Source: Okamejei kenojei (taxonomy: Eukaryota). From it: 64,000 bases of DNA. The translations under genes were made by a program, and so were the position numbers. The stretch's first letter is position 1, and each line of letters starts with the position of its first letter. The stretch is from NCBI GenBank assembly GCA_035221665.1, contig CM069159.1, positions 19,716,001 through 19,780,000 of the forward strand. Reading direction: 5' to 3'. The notes below the pieces were generated by a model. The model did not search any database. It was not told where the DNA came from and saw nothing but the letters and a program-made list of their open reading frames with translations. Of this stretch, positions 52,236 to 64,000 are shown piece by piece.

Positions 52236-52478
52236 TGTTTAGTTTCATTTAGAGATACAGCGTGGAAACAGGCCCGCAGTCTGCACAGACCAACAAGTTC
52301 TACCCTACACATCAAGGACAATTTACAGAAGCCAATTAACCTACAAACCTGCATGTCTTTGAAATGTGTGAGGAAACCGGAGCACCTGGAGATAACCCAA
52401 GTGGTCACAGGGTGAATGTCCAAACTCCATACAGACAGCACCCGTGGTCAGGGTCAAACCCGTGTGTCTGGTGTTGTA
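52236..52478 (-). mobile_element. HE1-like SINE
   Basis: Same core and tail as 40828-41136. Confidence 0.8.
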
Positions 52479-52854
52479 TCAGATAGAGTACACTAACTAT
52501 TCAATGTCAATTGTGGGGAATGTAGGGATATGGATTACATGCAGATAGATAAGAGATAAGAGCTAAGAGATATGTTCGGCACAGACATCATGGGCCACAC
52601 GGCCTCTCCTTGTGCTGTCCTGTGTTCTATATGGTAAATGTAGCATGCTTGAGACAATGTGGGTGACATTTGGCTGTCCTACATTTCACTAATTTTCCTC
52701 AAAACATTTCTTGACTTGTAATTGGAATGTATTTCTCTGATCAGTCAACAGCATTGTATCAGGCAGTTTACAGATTGGTAAAAGGCAAATAAGGTGGGCC
52801 TTGGTCTTATACCTCCTGGCAATGCATATCTTCCTGAGAAGCTGGAGTAAGGGC

Positions 52855-53690
52855 CTGTTTCCAGCAGCTACTTACTACATGTTCCGTGTATGGTTTGGAA
52901 CATGACATTAAATATAATGTTAGTAAGAGTGTTGTTATGGTCTGTAGAACCAAAGAGGATAAAAGCCTAAAATATCCTGATTTTAAATTGTCTGACAACA
53001 ATCTTAGTGTCTGTAATAAGATAAAATGTCTAGGGCATATTATTACAGAAAAAATGACAGATGATGAGGATATTTATAGGCAACGACGCATGCTGTATAT
53101 ACAAGCGAATATCCACTTGTGTAAAATTGGTGCGTGTGCAGATGTGGTGAAGATGTCGCTCTTTAGAACATACTGCACACCCCTCTACACTGCGCACCTG
53201 TGGTCAAACTATTTAAAGACAAGTATGCAGAGACTAAAGGTGGCATATAACGATGCCATGAGAACACTACTAAGGCAACCAAGATGGTGTAGTGCCAGTA
53301 ATATGTTGTTGGCTGCAGGAGTCAGTACTTTAGAAGCTATTCTAAGACACCACATGTATAAATTCATTTGCAGGATAAATGACTCTAAAAATGTGCTTAT
53401 TGTGGCCTTGACAAACATAAGGGTTAGCACTACACGCTACGAATCCCAGTTGTGGTGACACTGGTATAGTTGTCTTGTTGTACATTGATCATTTTTTACT
53501 CTGGATTTTTAACTTAAGTATTGTGGGGTTTTTTTTTAAATATATAAATTATGATGTTTTTTATGTGATTTACCATGATTTTATATATATTTATGATATT
53601 TGATATGCAATGCATTTTTAATGTAATGTTGCCCCTTGTCTGGACCTTGAGTCCGTAATAAAGTTATTATTATTATTATTATTTTATAAC
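52855..53690 (+). mobile_element. 5'-truncated non-LTR element, probably RTE-X clade
   Basis: Uninterrupted RT C-terminal ORF 52886-53458 (DDEDIYRQRRMLY..LFRTYCTPLYTAHLW); AATAAA + (TTA)n tail; TSD core AGTAAGGGC 52846-52854 / 53695-53703. Clade call from memory only. Confidence 0.7.
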
Positions 53691-54443
53691 AGCTAGTAAG
53701 GGCTAACCCTGAGGATCCTTCAGTAAAATGGGATTATTTTCAATTGGTCAGGAGTCATATGTACCCACTACAAGACAATGGAATTCTTACTTGCTGCAGT
53801 TTTACTTAAGCAATAATGCATGGGTCCATATATCATAATCCAGGAGACTCCAATACAAGATGCTGCACAATCTTCAGAGCTTTCCTTACAGCAAAGAATA
53901 GAGCAGAAACTGCGGTATGATTCAGGTGGATGATTGACCTGGTCCTCTGAGTATTTCCACCGTTTTTGTCAAATGAATTCATTGCCACAGATGGCTGTGG
54001 AGACCAAGTTTTTGAGTATTTTAAAGCAGGAAATTTACAGGTTATTGATTAGTTATGCATGTCAAAGGTTATGGGGGAAAATGCAGGAAAATGAGGTTGA
54101 AGGAAAGACAGATCAGCCATGATTGAATGGCAGTGTAGACTTGATGGGCTGAAGGGCCTAATTCTGCTCCTATGACATGAACCTACGAACAATTTTCAAT
54201 TTCATACAAAGTAGCTCACACTATCGACAGCGATTAAAACTAAGCTAAATCATTGAAAGTGAATGTTTATGGTGACTGGAGCCAGTGGTTAAAGTCACCA
54301 TTCGCTATCATTGTAGGTTGCCAAAAGAGATTGGCGAACATGTGCAAAGGCAGGCAACAAATTGATCAAAATGATACTTAATACCTTGTTAGATGCGGTG
54401 GTGAGATCACAATGGGACCTCCATCCATTGAAGGTGAGGAACA

Positions 54444-54650
54444 GATACAAAATGCTGGACAGGCAGCATCTCTGGAGAGAAGGAATGGGTGACGTTTCAG
54501 GTCGAGACCCTTATTCAGTCTTAAGAAGGGTCTTCACCCGAAACATCACCCATTCCTTCTCTCCAGAGATGCTGCCTGTCACGCTGAGTTACTCCAGCAT
54601 TTTGAGTCTATCTTCAATTTAAATAAGCATCTGCAGTTCTTTCCTGCACA
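54444..54650. repeat. Palindromic Penelope-derived repeat
   Basis: Two inverted arms around TTCAGTCTTAAGAA. Confidence 0.8.
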
Positions 54651-55140
54651 AAGGTGAGGAGGCCTTCCAGTCACGGTGAAATGGCAATGGGGGTGGGGGG
54701 AGCGGACGAGGAGATTATATGAATGTGAATGGAAGGAATTTAGCTGCAATGCAATAGTTTGTAGAAAGAATCATTGTACTCACATGTTTGGCCAAGGTCA
54801 GTTGAATGACCAGTTCACTTAGCATCGCCAGGCCCCTATCCAGCTCCATAGAACATCAGCACCATCTAACAGCACTAGAGCCTAACCTTCAAATGACCCA
54901 CATGCATTACCATTACACCAGTCCTCACACTCAGATATCACAGCTTGTGCACATTGCTGGCATTTCAACCATGGGAAGCACATATATTGGGCATCGTTCA
55001 ATAACTTACTTTGTTCGTGTTTAAAGGTCAAGAGATGCAAAACTATTACGAGCATCACCACTTAGCAAGCCACCAAGGCAGTTGCTGCTTATGGTGTTAG
55101 GCTTGCAGTAATTCTCCACTATAGAGTCAGTAATCTTCCA

Positions 55141-55463
55141 TGGCATGGTGATGCAGCTGGTAGAGCTGCTGCCTCACAGCACCAGACACCTGGGTTTAAT
55201 TCTGACATTGATTGCTGAATGTGTAGAGTTGGCACGTTCTCCCTAGAAGCATGTAGGTTTCTCCCGGGTGATCCGGCTTCCTCCCACATTCCAGAGATGT
55301 AGTTTAGGTTGCTTCTGTAAATTGCCCCAAATGTTTAAAGAGCGAGTAAGAGAGTGGAATAACCTAGACCTAGTGTGAATGAGAGAGCAATATTCAGCCT
55401 GGCCTCGGGGGGGCCAAAGGGCCTGTTTGCATGCTGCATCCCGAAAACTAAAACTAAATTAAA
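55141..55463 (+). mobile_element. HE1-like SINE
   Basis: Box A/B-like head, central core, GGGCCAAAGGGCCTGTTT..ACTAAAACTAAA tail. Confidence 0.8.
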
Positions 55464-55763
55464 AACCATCCACACTGTGGACACTGGGGAGAACTGCAGA
55501 GGAGTACTTGAACAGGTATGGGGAAGATAGATATTAAGCAGATGCACGTTCATTGATTTTTGTTTTTTTGCGCAGTAGCTGGATGAATAAATGTGGTCTA
55601 CTATGTGGAGTGAAATATAGTCACAGCGTCATATAGCATGATAACCACCCTTTGGCCCTACTTGCCCATGACAACTGTAGTGCTCCAGCTACACTAGTCC
55701 CACCTGCCTGCATTTGCCCCATATACCTTGACCTTCCCTATCCATGTACCTGTTCAAATACCT

Positions 55764-56712
55764 ATTCATGATTTAGATGAAGGAATTACAATTAGCAAAT
55801 TTGCAGATGACGCAAAGCTGGGTGGCAGTGTGACTGTGAAGAGGATGCGATGAGGATGCAGGATGACTTGGACAGGTTGGGTGAGTGGGCATATGCATGG
55901 CAGATGCAGTATAATGTGGATACATGTGAGGTTATCCACTTTGGTGGCAAGAACAAGAAGGCAGATTATTATCTGAATTGTGTCAGATTAGGAAAGGGGG
56001 AAGTGCAGCGAGACCTGTGTGTCCTTGTACATCAGTCAATGAAAATAACCATGCAGGCAGTGAGGAACGCAAATGGCATATTGGCCTTCATAATGAGAGG
56101 ATTTGAGTATAGGAGCAAAGAGGTCCTACTGCAGTTGTACAGGGCCATGGTGAGACCACACCAGGAGTATTGTGTGCCATTTTGGTCTCCAAATTTGTGG
56201 AAGAACATTGCTATTGAGGGAGTGCAGCGTAAATTCACGAGGTTAATTCCCGGGACTGTCATATGATGAAAGAATGGAACGACTGGGCTTGTATTCACTG
56301 GAATTTAGAAGGATGAGAGGGAATCTTATAGAAACATATAAAATTATTAAGGAATTGGACACGCTAGATGCAGGAAACATGTTCCCGATGTTGGGGAAGT
56401 CCAGAACCAGGGGCTACAGTTTAAGAATAAGGGGTGGGCCATTTAGAACTGAGATGAGGAAAAACATTTTCAACCAGAGAGTTGTGAATTTGTGGAATTC
56501 TCTGCCTCAGAAGGCAGTGGAGGCCGACTCACTGGATTAATTCAAAAGAGAGTTAGATAGAGCTCATAGGGCTAGCGGAATCAAGGGATATGGGGTGAAG
56601 GCAGGAATGGGGTATTGAATGTGGATGATCAGCTGCGATCACATTGAATGGCAGTGCTGGCTCGAAGGGCCAAATGGCCTACTCCTACACCTATTGTCTA
56701 TGTAACTATGTA
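55764..56712 (+). mobile_element. CR1 RT 3' part, inserted in an older opposite-strand CR1 (55620-55763, 56713-56910)
   Basis: SKFADD.KL, MQDDLDRLGEWA..WQMQYNV..C.VIHFG, LYRAMVRPH.EYC..FWSP. Confidence 0.9.
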
Positions 56713-58817
56713 TGTCTCTTAAATGTTGTTCTGGTATCTGCCTCAACTACCTTCTGTGGCAGCTTGTTCCATTTACTCACCAGCCTCTGTGTGAAAGCAT
56801 TGCCCCAAAGATTCCTATTAAATCTTTCCCTCTCACCTTAAATCTATGTCCTCTAGTTTTTGATTCCCCTACTTATTGGGTAAAAATAAACTCTGTGCAT
56901 CTGCCCTGTCTATTCCATCTTTATCTTGAATTTGCATCTCTGAGCAAAGTGAGTGCAGTGAAAATCCTCTCTGGGAAGTTCAAATAATCACAAGGATAAA
57001 AGCTGCTGCTGCTCTATGCTCCCTGCAAAGGCAGAGTGGGATGAATGACATGGTGAAGCCTGCAACCAGATTAAATCATTAAAATCCCCCCAAAGGTTTG
57101 TTCATCCCTTTTTTGCAACATATTTCCAAAAGGGTTCCTATTTGCATATTCACCATAATCAGCAATGGAATATTCACATCTGCAAAACATGTACGTCTAT
57201 CTTGCACGTTTTGAAGCTACAAAGCCGCTCAGCCTTGTAATTTTCACAGAACAGTATATTAAATTAGTTGCCAGAATCTCTTTACTGAGAACACTACAGC
57301 ATGCTTTATAGTGAAGTAGTTTACGTTCATTTCTAAGCATATGCAACCACCTGCTTTTTTCAAATACATCAATGTGAACAGCACCGTTGAGACTTTCTTC
57401 AGAGAATCAATAAGATAAGCCTTTAGACACGATAACAAACGTTAAGACTCAACGGTTATTACTACGTCCCCAGTAGTGGTGTCAGAGCTACATTCAATTC
57501 TGAATAACATTTGTGGTTAAAAAAGCACAATGAAGCGATACTGCAATTTTAGGTCAAGGGAAGGATATGACAATAATGCTCTGTGTTTGATGCTGATAGT
57601 TCTCAGCAGGGGCTGGCAGAGTGTGGATCAACTTACTACAGCTATGGTCAAGAGCGAAAAAATTAAATACTCAGAACTTATGATCCTAAATACTAATTAT
57701 TGCTAGAATGATATAGCACAGAAACAGGCCTTTTGCCTGCAAAGGCCAATCAGACCATTGTACTTGTCTATACTTAGCCCCATTTGCTAGCATTCAATCC
57801 GTATTTTTTTTTCGGAATAAATACAAAAGATGTTAACGAATGTAAGGTGGAATCAGGAACAAAGACGCAAAACAGTCAAAAATTGTACATATGAAAGTAT
57901 CACCACAACAAAACATTGAGCCAAACCACAGTAGAAAACTTCCAAAGACAACCTCCTTATAGTTCAGCTGATCTCTGAGGCAAATCAGAGGTCAGATACC
58001 AAAAACATTTAAACCTCCTTTCCACAATGGACTAATGAACTGGTGGTGAAATGCTTGACTGTTGTTACTAAAACATCCACATTCATATTAATTAGGTCAC
58101 CGCCACTGAATATAAAGGAAATTGTTAGTATGTGGTTTACTTATTTTTCAAGGTGCTTTTAATTAATTTTATCTTCTACTTTAAATAATTGTTATATTTT
58201 AAAAAAAGTTTTAAACCTTTTCCAGCTGCTTTTCATGTTCTCAGAGGCATTGAGAATCAGCTTGATATGGCCTCTAAAATGTATCCAGAGGTTAGTGTGG
58301 ACAGGTGAGGACGTTAGGCAGTAAGTCCAGGCACTGGGTCAAAACTAGAACAGCACCGGCCAATATCCAAGCATGGCTGAGTGATCAACTTGTACTCTGT
58401 GAACTTGTGCCAGGGAATATTAATGTTAAGCATATCGTTTCAGTTGGTAGCACTCAAAACAGATTATAGAAGTACAGGCACTTCGCGTTTTATGCATGTT
58501 TGATTTATGTGTTTTTGAAATAACGCACGTGCTTAATTAATACCAATATCAAATTTATGCATTGTATTTTTGAAATATTGCGCTCAAAGTTACACCTGTT
58601 TAAATGTATTTATTTAATTTATGCATCTTTGAATTACATGCTCCATTTCAGGAGCGTAACCCCTGCGTAAAGTTTAAAGCACTAAAAAACAGCCTTATCG
58701 ATCTTTGCTGGTATTTATTCTTCACACTTAGCTCCTCACATCCTTATCTAAACTATCCACATGCTAGATTAGTTTATTATTACTTCCGATATTCATGCAT
58801 TCTGATTTGCTTGGCAG

Positions 58818-58877
58818 ATACAATATATGCAGTGGTCAGGAAGAATGGCCCACCAATCAGCAGACCGTTTTCAACAG
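58818..58877 (+). CDS. Exon 8: DTIYAVVRKNGPPISRPFST (ITSM)
   Basis: ttggcag acceptor, CAG|gtaaga donor, phase 1-1. Confidence 0.85.
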
Positions 58878-58955
58878 GTAAGATAAAATCCAGGGACTTC
58901 AACTTCTTCCATATATTACAATAAATGCTTCACATGTTCGCTCTTTTCCCCACAG

Positions 58956-59053
58956 AGGTTGCCTTTGTTAATGAAGGGAACAGTGAAGAAGAAGTCTCCT
59001 ATGCGGACATTGTTATCCACAGTCCAAAACAACGCTACAACCAAAAAGCCAAG
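58956..59053 (+). CDS. Exon 9: EVAFVNEGNSEEEVSYADIVIHSPKQRYNQKAK (ITIM)
   Basis: cttttccccacag acceptor, AAG|gtattg donor, phase 1-0, acidic run before VSYADI. Confidence 0.87.
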
Positions 59054-59079
59054 GTATTGATAATTGCCTCAGAGTATCT

Positions 59080-59359
59080 AGGTCATTTAAGACTGAGCTG
59101 AGAAAAAACTTTTTTACCCAGAGAGTTGTGAATTTATGGAATTCCCTGCCACAGAGGGCAGTAGAGGCCAAATCACTGGATGGATTTAAGAGAGAGTTGG
59201 ATAGAGCTCTAGGGGCTAGTGGAGTCAACGTATATGGGGAGAAGGCAGGCACGGGTTATTGATAGAGGACGATCAGCCATGATCACAATGAATGGCGGTG
59301 CTGGCTCGAAGGGCCGAATGGCCTCCTCCTGCACCTATTTTCTATGTTTCTATGTTTCT
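59080..59359 (+). mobile_element. CR1 3' fragment
   Basis: FFTQRVVNLWNSLPQ; (TTCTATGT)n tail. Confidence 0.88.
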
Positions 59360-59464
59360 AGAAAGTCCCCTTGTTTATTTATCCTTGATGTATCTAAAAT
59401 ACATCAGCAATTGCAGGAAACTCATAGCTATATCCCCGGAGAGGAATTATATCCAACCAAGTAC

Positions 59465-59658
59465 ACATTTCCCTGTGGCCGCAGAGGTTTTCTCTATTTG
59501 TTTCAGTTTCCTCACACATTCCAAAGACATGTAGGTTAATGGCTTCTGTAAAATTGTCCCTCGTGTGTTGGATAGAACTAATGTATGATGCATCATAGGT
59601 CAGCAGAGACTTGATGTGCCAAAGGGCCTGCTTCCACACCATGTCTCTAAACTAAACT
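59465..59658 (+). mobile_element. Partial HE1-like SINE
   Basis: Core + GGGCCTGCTTCC..TCTCTAAACTAAAC tail. Confidence 0.7.
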
Positions 59659-61954
59659 CAATCCTTTTGCTTTTGGCATAGATGTAAAAATTGTTGATTG
59701 ATTCACATTGCCTTGTTTTAGTGACAACACTATCCTGCCCCATAATCGACATTATAACTTTAGAAAGCTCCTTTGGCATAATGAAATTTTCCAAAGGTGG
59801 TTCATTATCAAACAGGATTTGCCACTGAACAGCAAAATAATGTTAAAACAGATCACCAAATTTGGTCAAAGGAGTCGGATTAAGGAAGGTGAAGTAGGAA
59901 AGTAAAGAGATTTAGTGAGTGGATAATTGTTCTTACAGTTTAATCAGCTGAAAAATACAGTTGGCAATAATGGAAAAAATAACCAAGATAAAAGTTAGAT
60001 GTGAGCAGATAATGATGTGGGTTCAAAACAGATAATGCTGGAAATACTCAGCAGAACATGCAGCATCTGCGGAAAGAGAAACCATCAAAGTTTCAGGTCA
60101 GAGACCTCATGTCAGAATGGTTGTAAAATGACGTTGCATTATTTTAGCGGCCCCACCATCCCGCTTCGTAACCCACAGAACAACTTTACAAAGCTCCCTT
60201 AGCCCAGTAGGATGCCTCAAAGTGGGTCATTGGAAAGTTTTCAAGCAGAACAGTTTCCATTTTCTCAAATGTTACCCGACCGACTGAGGGAAGGATCTCG
60301 ACCAGAAACGGCACCCATTCCTTCTCTCCAGAGATGCTGCCTGTCCTGCTGAATTACTCCAGCTTTTTGTGACTATCGTCGGTTTAAACTAGCATCCGCA
60401 GTTCCTTCTCACGCATTTCCTGTTTTTACTTTAGTTTTCCAGCATTTGCAGTTTTTCTGACTACCTCTGTGGTCTGCAGGGCTGGCAGAGATGGAAAGGA
60501 ATAGGGCAGGTTGAGGCTTTGAGGAGAGGGCGTGGCTTCAAAACAAAGATGACTATTTTAAAATTCAGCCATTGCTTAACCAAGAATTATTGATCTGCAG
60601 CAAGAATGTATATGATGGCTGAACAGTAATTGTTGCGAGTTAAAATGTGAATTTCAGTATCGAGTTGTTTTGGGTATACAGGGATGAGATTGTGGGAGAT
60701 GCGACCTGAGTGCCTGTGGTGGTAAAGCATCGGTAACAGATGAACTGAGGCACGGGCCATGTTGGACAATATAACAGAAGTGGAAATAGTCAGTCCGAGT
60801 GTTTGCTGTGTGGTTAGAGACATGGCTGTGCTTGGACTCGGATATATTCATATTCATCGATGTACTGATCTTAACCACATTCCTTGCCAGATAGCACCTG
60901 ATCCTTCAAACTTCAAAAATTATTTTCATATTTTCTTAAAACACAGATGGAGGCCATTCAGCCCATCACGTCTCTGCCAGCTCTCAGCACAATCCAATCA
61001 TTCACTAGCCCATTCATTTTTATGTAACCTATTCTCTGGTAAATTAACACCTCCCCCCCCCCCCCCTCCCTCCACTCACCTCACAACTATGTTAGATGCA
61101 CTGCACAGGAGCCAATAACATTATAAACCTATACATCTTTAGGATGCGGGAAGGACCCAGAGCAGATGTAGGAATCCTCATGGTCACATGGAGTATTAAC
61201 AGATTCCACCCAGTGAAAGACCACAGTTCAGGTTTGAACCAGATCATTGGAGCTGTGAGACAGCTGTACTGACTACAGTGCCACAATGCCATCCTAATGT
61301 AAAGGTTTAATACACAGAACATTTCCCATCATTGATCATTGATGCTCCAAATTTAGTTTTGAGCTGAAGTGGAAACGGATGTCAGTGCCTTCAGTATCAA
61401 CATTTTGATAATATTTTTCCTAATGTACATAGAACAGTACCACACAGAGCCAGGTGCGTTGGCCCACAAAGTACTTGCCAAGCACAATGTTAAGTTTATC
61501 AAATCTCCCTTGCCTGCACATCATCCATATCTCTCAATTCCTTGCAAAACCATGTGCCGATCTAACTGCCACTATTGTATCTTTTAAATACCACTAACAT
61601 ATTTAATGCTAGTCTTGTATCTAATAGAGAACCTGTATATAGTTCTCCACATCTCAAATCATCATAACATTCCTAACAGTTCAAATTTAACTGATTTGAA
61701 TACAAATCTGTTTATTTTTAACTGAAAGTAAATTAGATAGTCTCCATAGCATTTAGCGGATATGTCCTGTATTTGACATTCCAAAATACATTAATACCCG
61801 TCTGTATTAAATCCACCTTCCACTCCTCTGCCCAATTTTCCAACTAATCAACGTTCTGTTTTCTTTCACAACCCTCTTCATTATCTATTATTCCATTAAT
61901 TTTTGTGTCGTCAACTAGTTTATTAATCAGTCCACCTACTCTCTCATCTAAAGA

Positions 61955-62265
61955 TAGCCACAAAATGCTAAGGTAACTCAGTGGGTCAAACAATATCTTT
62001 TGGGATCACACTGTCCCAAGCCAACAATTGGTCTATCAGGGACCATCCTGCCGAGGTCATCTGTTGCTGGCCCTGATTTGTCTTTTCGTCTTTTCTTGCT
62101 TCCTGCTCTCCCCACCCCCACCACCCCCATACAATCAGTCTGAAGAAGGGTCCCGACTTGAAACATCACTTATCCATTTTCTCCAGAGATGCTGCCTGAC
62201 CTGCTGAGTTCCTCCAGCATTTTGTGTCTATCTTTGTTATAAACCAGCATCTGCAGTTCCTTTTT
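61955..62265 (+). repeat. Penelope 3'/pLTR-derived repeat
   Basis: CAGTCTGAAGAAGGGTCCCGACTTGAAACATCACT followed by the shared arm; related copies at 34306-34540, 35308-35480, 39068-39222, 60288-60415. Confidence 0.75.
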
Positions 62266-62766
62266 ATTACTTTCTCATCCAAGTCATTTACAATGCCATT
62301 CACCACTGAAAAATGGAAAAAAAATCCCTCAACTACTATCATCTTTTAAACTAGAAAATATCGTAAAATAGTAAGACTTTTTCAACATATTACAAGATGG
62401 CCCTTCTATTACTATGATAGCCTTTGCTAACTAACATCCACGCAGGCATTATTTATAGACATTTCCAGATAATGTGTGAATCATCAGGAAAATCACAGAT
62501 AATATGGAAAGTTTGGTGCTCGTGCCAACCACTGTGTTTTTCACAAATTTAAATATAACATAAATATAAAATTGCTGATTTGATTTAAACCGGTACCAGT
62601 TGGCTCAAATGAGTGGATAAATCAATTTCCATTCCACAAGGTACATTTTGTTAGTTTCCTCTATCCACAGTTACTGCCTGACCGAAACATTTCCAGCAAT
62701 CTTGATTTTATTCCACTTGCCCTCGGCACGTGATAGTGATTCTTCCTCTTTTTTGTGTTCATTCAG

Positions 62767-62904
62767 CAAATTTGCGACGTCATGGACAAAAATGCCAAAA
62801 AACAGTTACCGTATGTTTACAGCTCATCTCCTCGTCATCATGTGGATGATACATCGGAATATTCTGTGGTGCGAGTTTCACGCCAAGACTTGAGGACTGT
62901 GTGA
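62767..62904 (+). CDS. Exon 10 (last coding): QICDVMDKNAKKQLPYVYSSSPRHHVDDTSEYSVVRVSRQDLRTV*
   Basis: Strong pyrimidine tract + ttcag acceptor, phase 0 matching exon 9, SEYSVV motif, TGA 62902-62904. Confidence 0.8.
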   Translation, partial: QICDVMDKNAKKQLPYVYSSSPRHHVDDTSEYSVVRVSRQDLRTV

Positions 62905-64000
62905 CCTTGAAATTAGTTCTCAGCTACTTTGTAGCCTCAGGAATGAACTACTCACAAGTGGTTTCACAGAGCGACATGCAGGACGAGCCGCTGGAAACTG
63001 AGTGACCAACGCCAAGACATCTGTGCTCAGCAATAGACTTCATCGCTTTATAGTTCTTCCTATGGACAAGAGTCTATTGTTCACTTTTCTTAGGTGTTAG
63101 ACATCCTTAAGGAGTGAAACATTTTGTCAGGCATATTTTAGTCCCAGGTTGTTTTTCTCTTGCAAAAGACAACATTATTTGGTGGCTGAACTTCTTTAGG
63201 AGCTGGCAGCTCCAGGAGTAACTCAATAACTTTCTCAAAGGTCTAAAAATGCAATTTCTCTGGTGCTTAAATCGGGATCTTCCGTTGACTGTAGATAACC
63301 GTAAACTGTCCTTACCCATCACCTGTGGAGTTTACGTGAAGAGGAATTGGACATTCATCTGACTTTTCCAAGCAGTCTAGGCCTGGGCACAAAAATAACA
63401 GTCACTGACTTCCCATCCTGCAGAGATCTGTACAGGACTACTGCAATCCTTATACTTCAGCTCCAGGCTGGACTGTGTGCTCACACTGAAATATCATTGA
63501 GCTGATGAGAAACATTAACACAGCCAACTTGCTGTAGTGAACAGTAAAATTATTTGCATGTATTCTACTGTTTGAATGTACAAGTGTATACATAAAAATT
63601 GTGAACAGAAACTTGAATTCTATGTAGAGTGCACTGTGAAAAAATTTTTTTTGCTCCATTGCTTTTATGAAATCAGACTGGAATTTGTGATACTGCCCCA
63701 ATTAAAATTGGATTTAAAATGGTCCTACAAATTTACAAAACACAGAAACATACAAAATGTATACAAACCAGCTTATTTAGTGGATGGAAGAGTAAACTGT
63801 AGAGCAGTATCTGACAATGAAAATACCAGGATATCAGTTAATATGATCCGACCGACCAACACTGGAACACACTGCGGCCCAGGGCAGGTGTCCAGCAAAT
63901 TTGGGGCAACAAGATCTGCCTTGTTACGATAGTAACTTGATCAACCAAACTTTAGCATGAGCATATAAATAGCCAAAGATCATGAAAGAAGAATGTTTAC

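Noticed and set aside
55141-55215. tRNA gene
   Set aside because: Degenerate tRNA-derived SINE head
58473-58685. Tigger-like MITE starting TA-CAGGCACTTCGCG
   Set aside because: Matching right TIR could not be identified
60148-60171. Alternative phase-0 last exon RPHHPAS*
   Set aside because: Weaker acceptor, no motif, lies among repeat remnants
33943-62904. Calling the gene SIRPA, a Siglec, NCR3, CD96 or a nectin
   Set aside because: Each matches only part of the architecture (e.g. third domain not C1; no Siglec Arg in the F strand); no symbol assigned without a search
63701-63706. ATTAAA as the receptor poly(A) signal
   Set aside because: A single variant hexamer in AT-rich DNA is not enough support

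Overview
Vertebrate genomic DNA, inferred to be from an elasmobranch (skate/ray/shark) because it carries HE1-type tRNA/V-SINEs with their CR1 (HER1-like) partner LINEs. The first ~30 kb is a stack of nested transposons. A full-length L1-clade element (122-13817, +) contains a Harbinger-like composite, three CR1 fragments and two 5'-truncated L1s. It is followed by a Helitron-like pair and an orphan coding-like relic. Next is a terminally complete DIRS tyrosine-recombinase retrotransposon (17456-29667, -), split by a full-length L1. From 33943 to 62904 (+) I can assemble a phase-consistent 10-exon gene for a ~495-aa type I Ig-superfamily receptor. Its parts are: leader (GC-AG first intron), single-exon germline-joined VJ-like domain, C1-like domain, C2/I domain, uncharged TM, and a tail with TIYAVV (ITSM), VSYADI (ITIM) and SEYSVV (ITIM/ITSM-like). 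An IRF/ETS motif cluster lies just upstream. I cannot assign it to a named gene. Abundant palindromic Penelope-derived repeats carry a minimal hammerhead-ribozyme-like core. No database searches were run; family names come from motif recognition, and repeat boundaries without TSDs are approximate.
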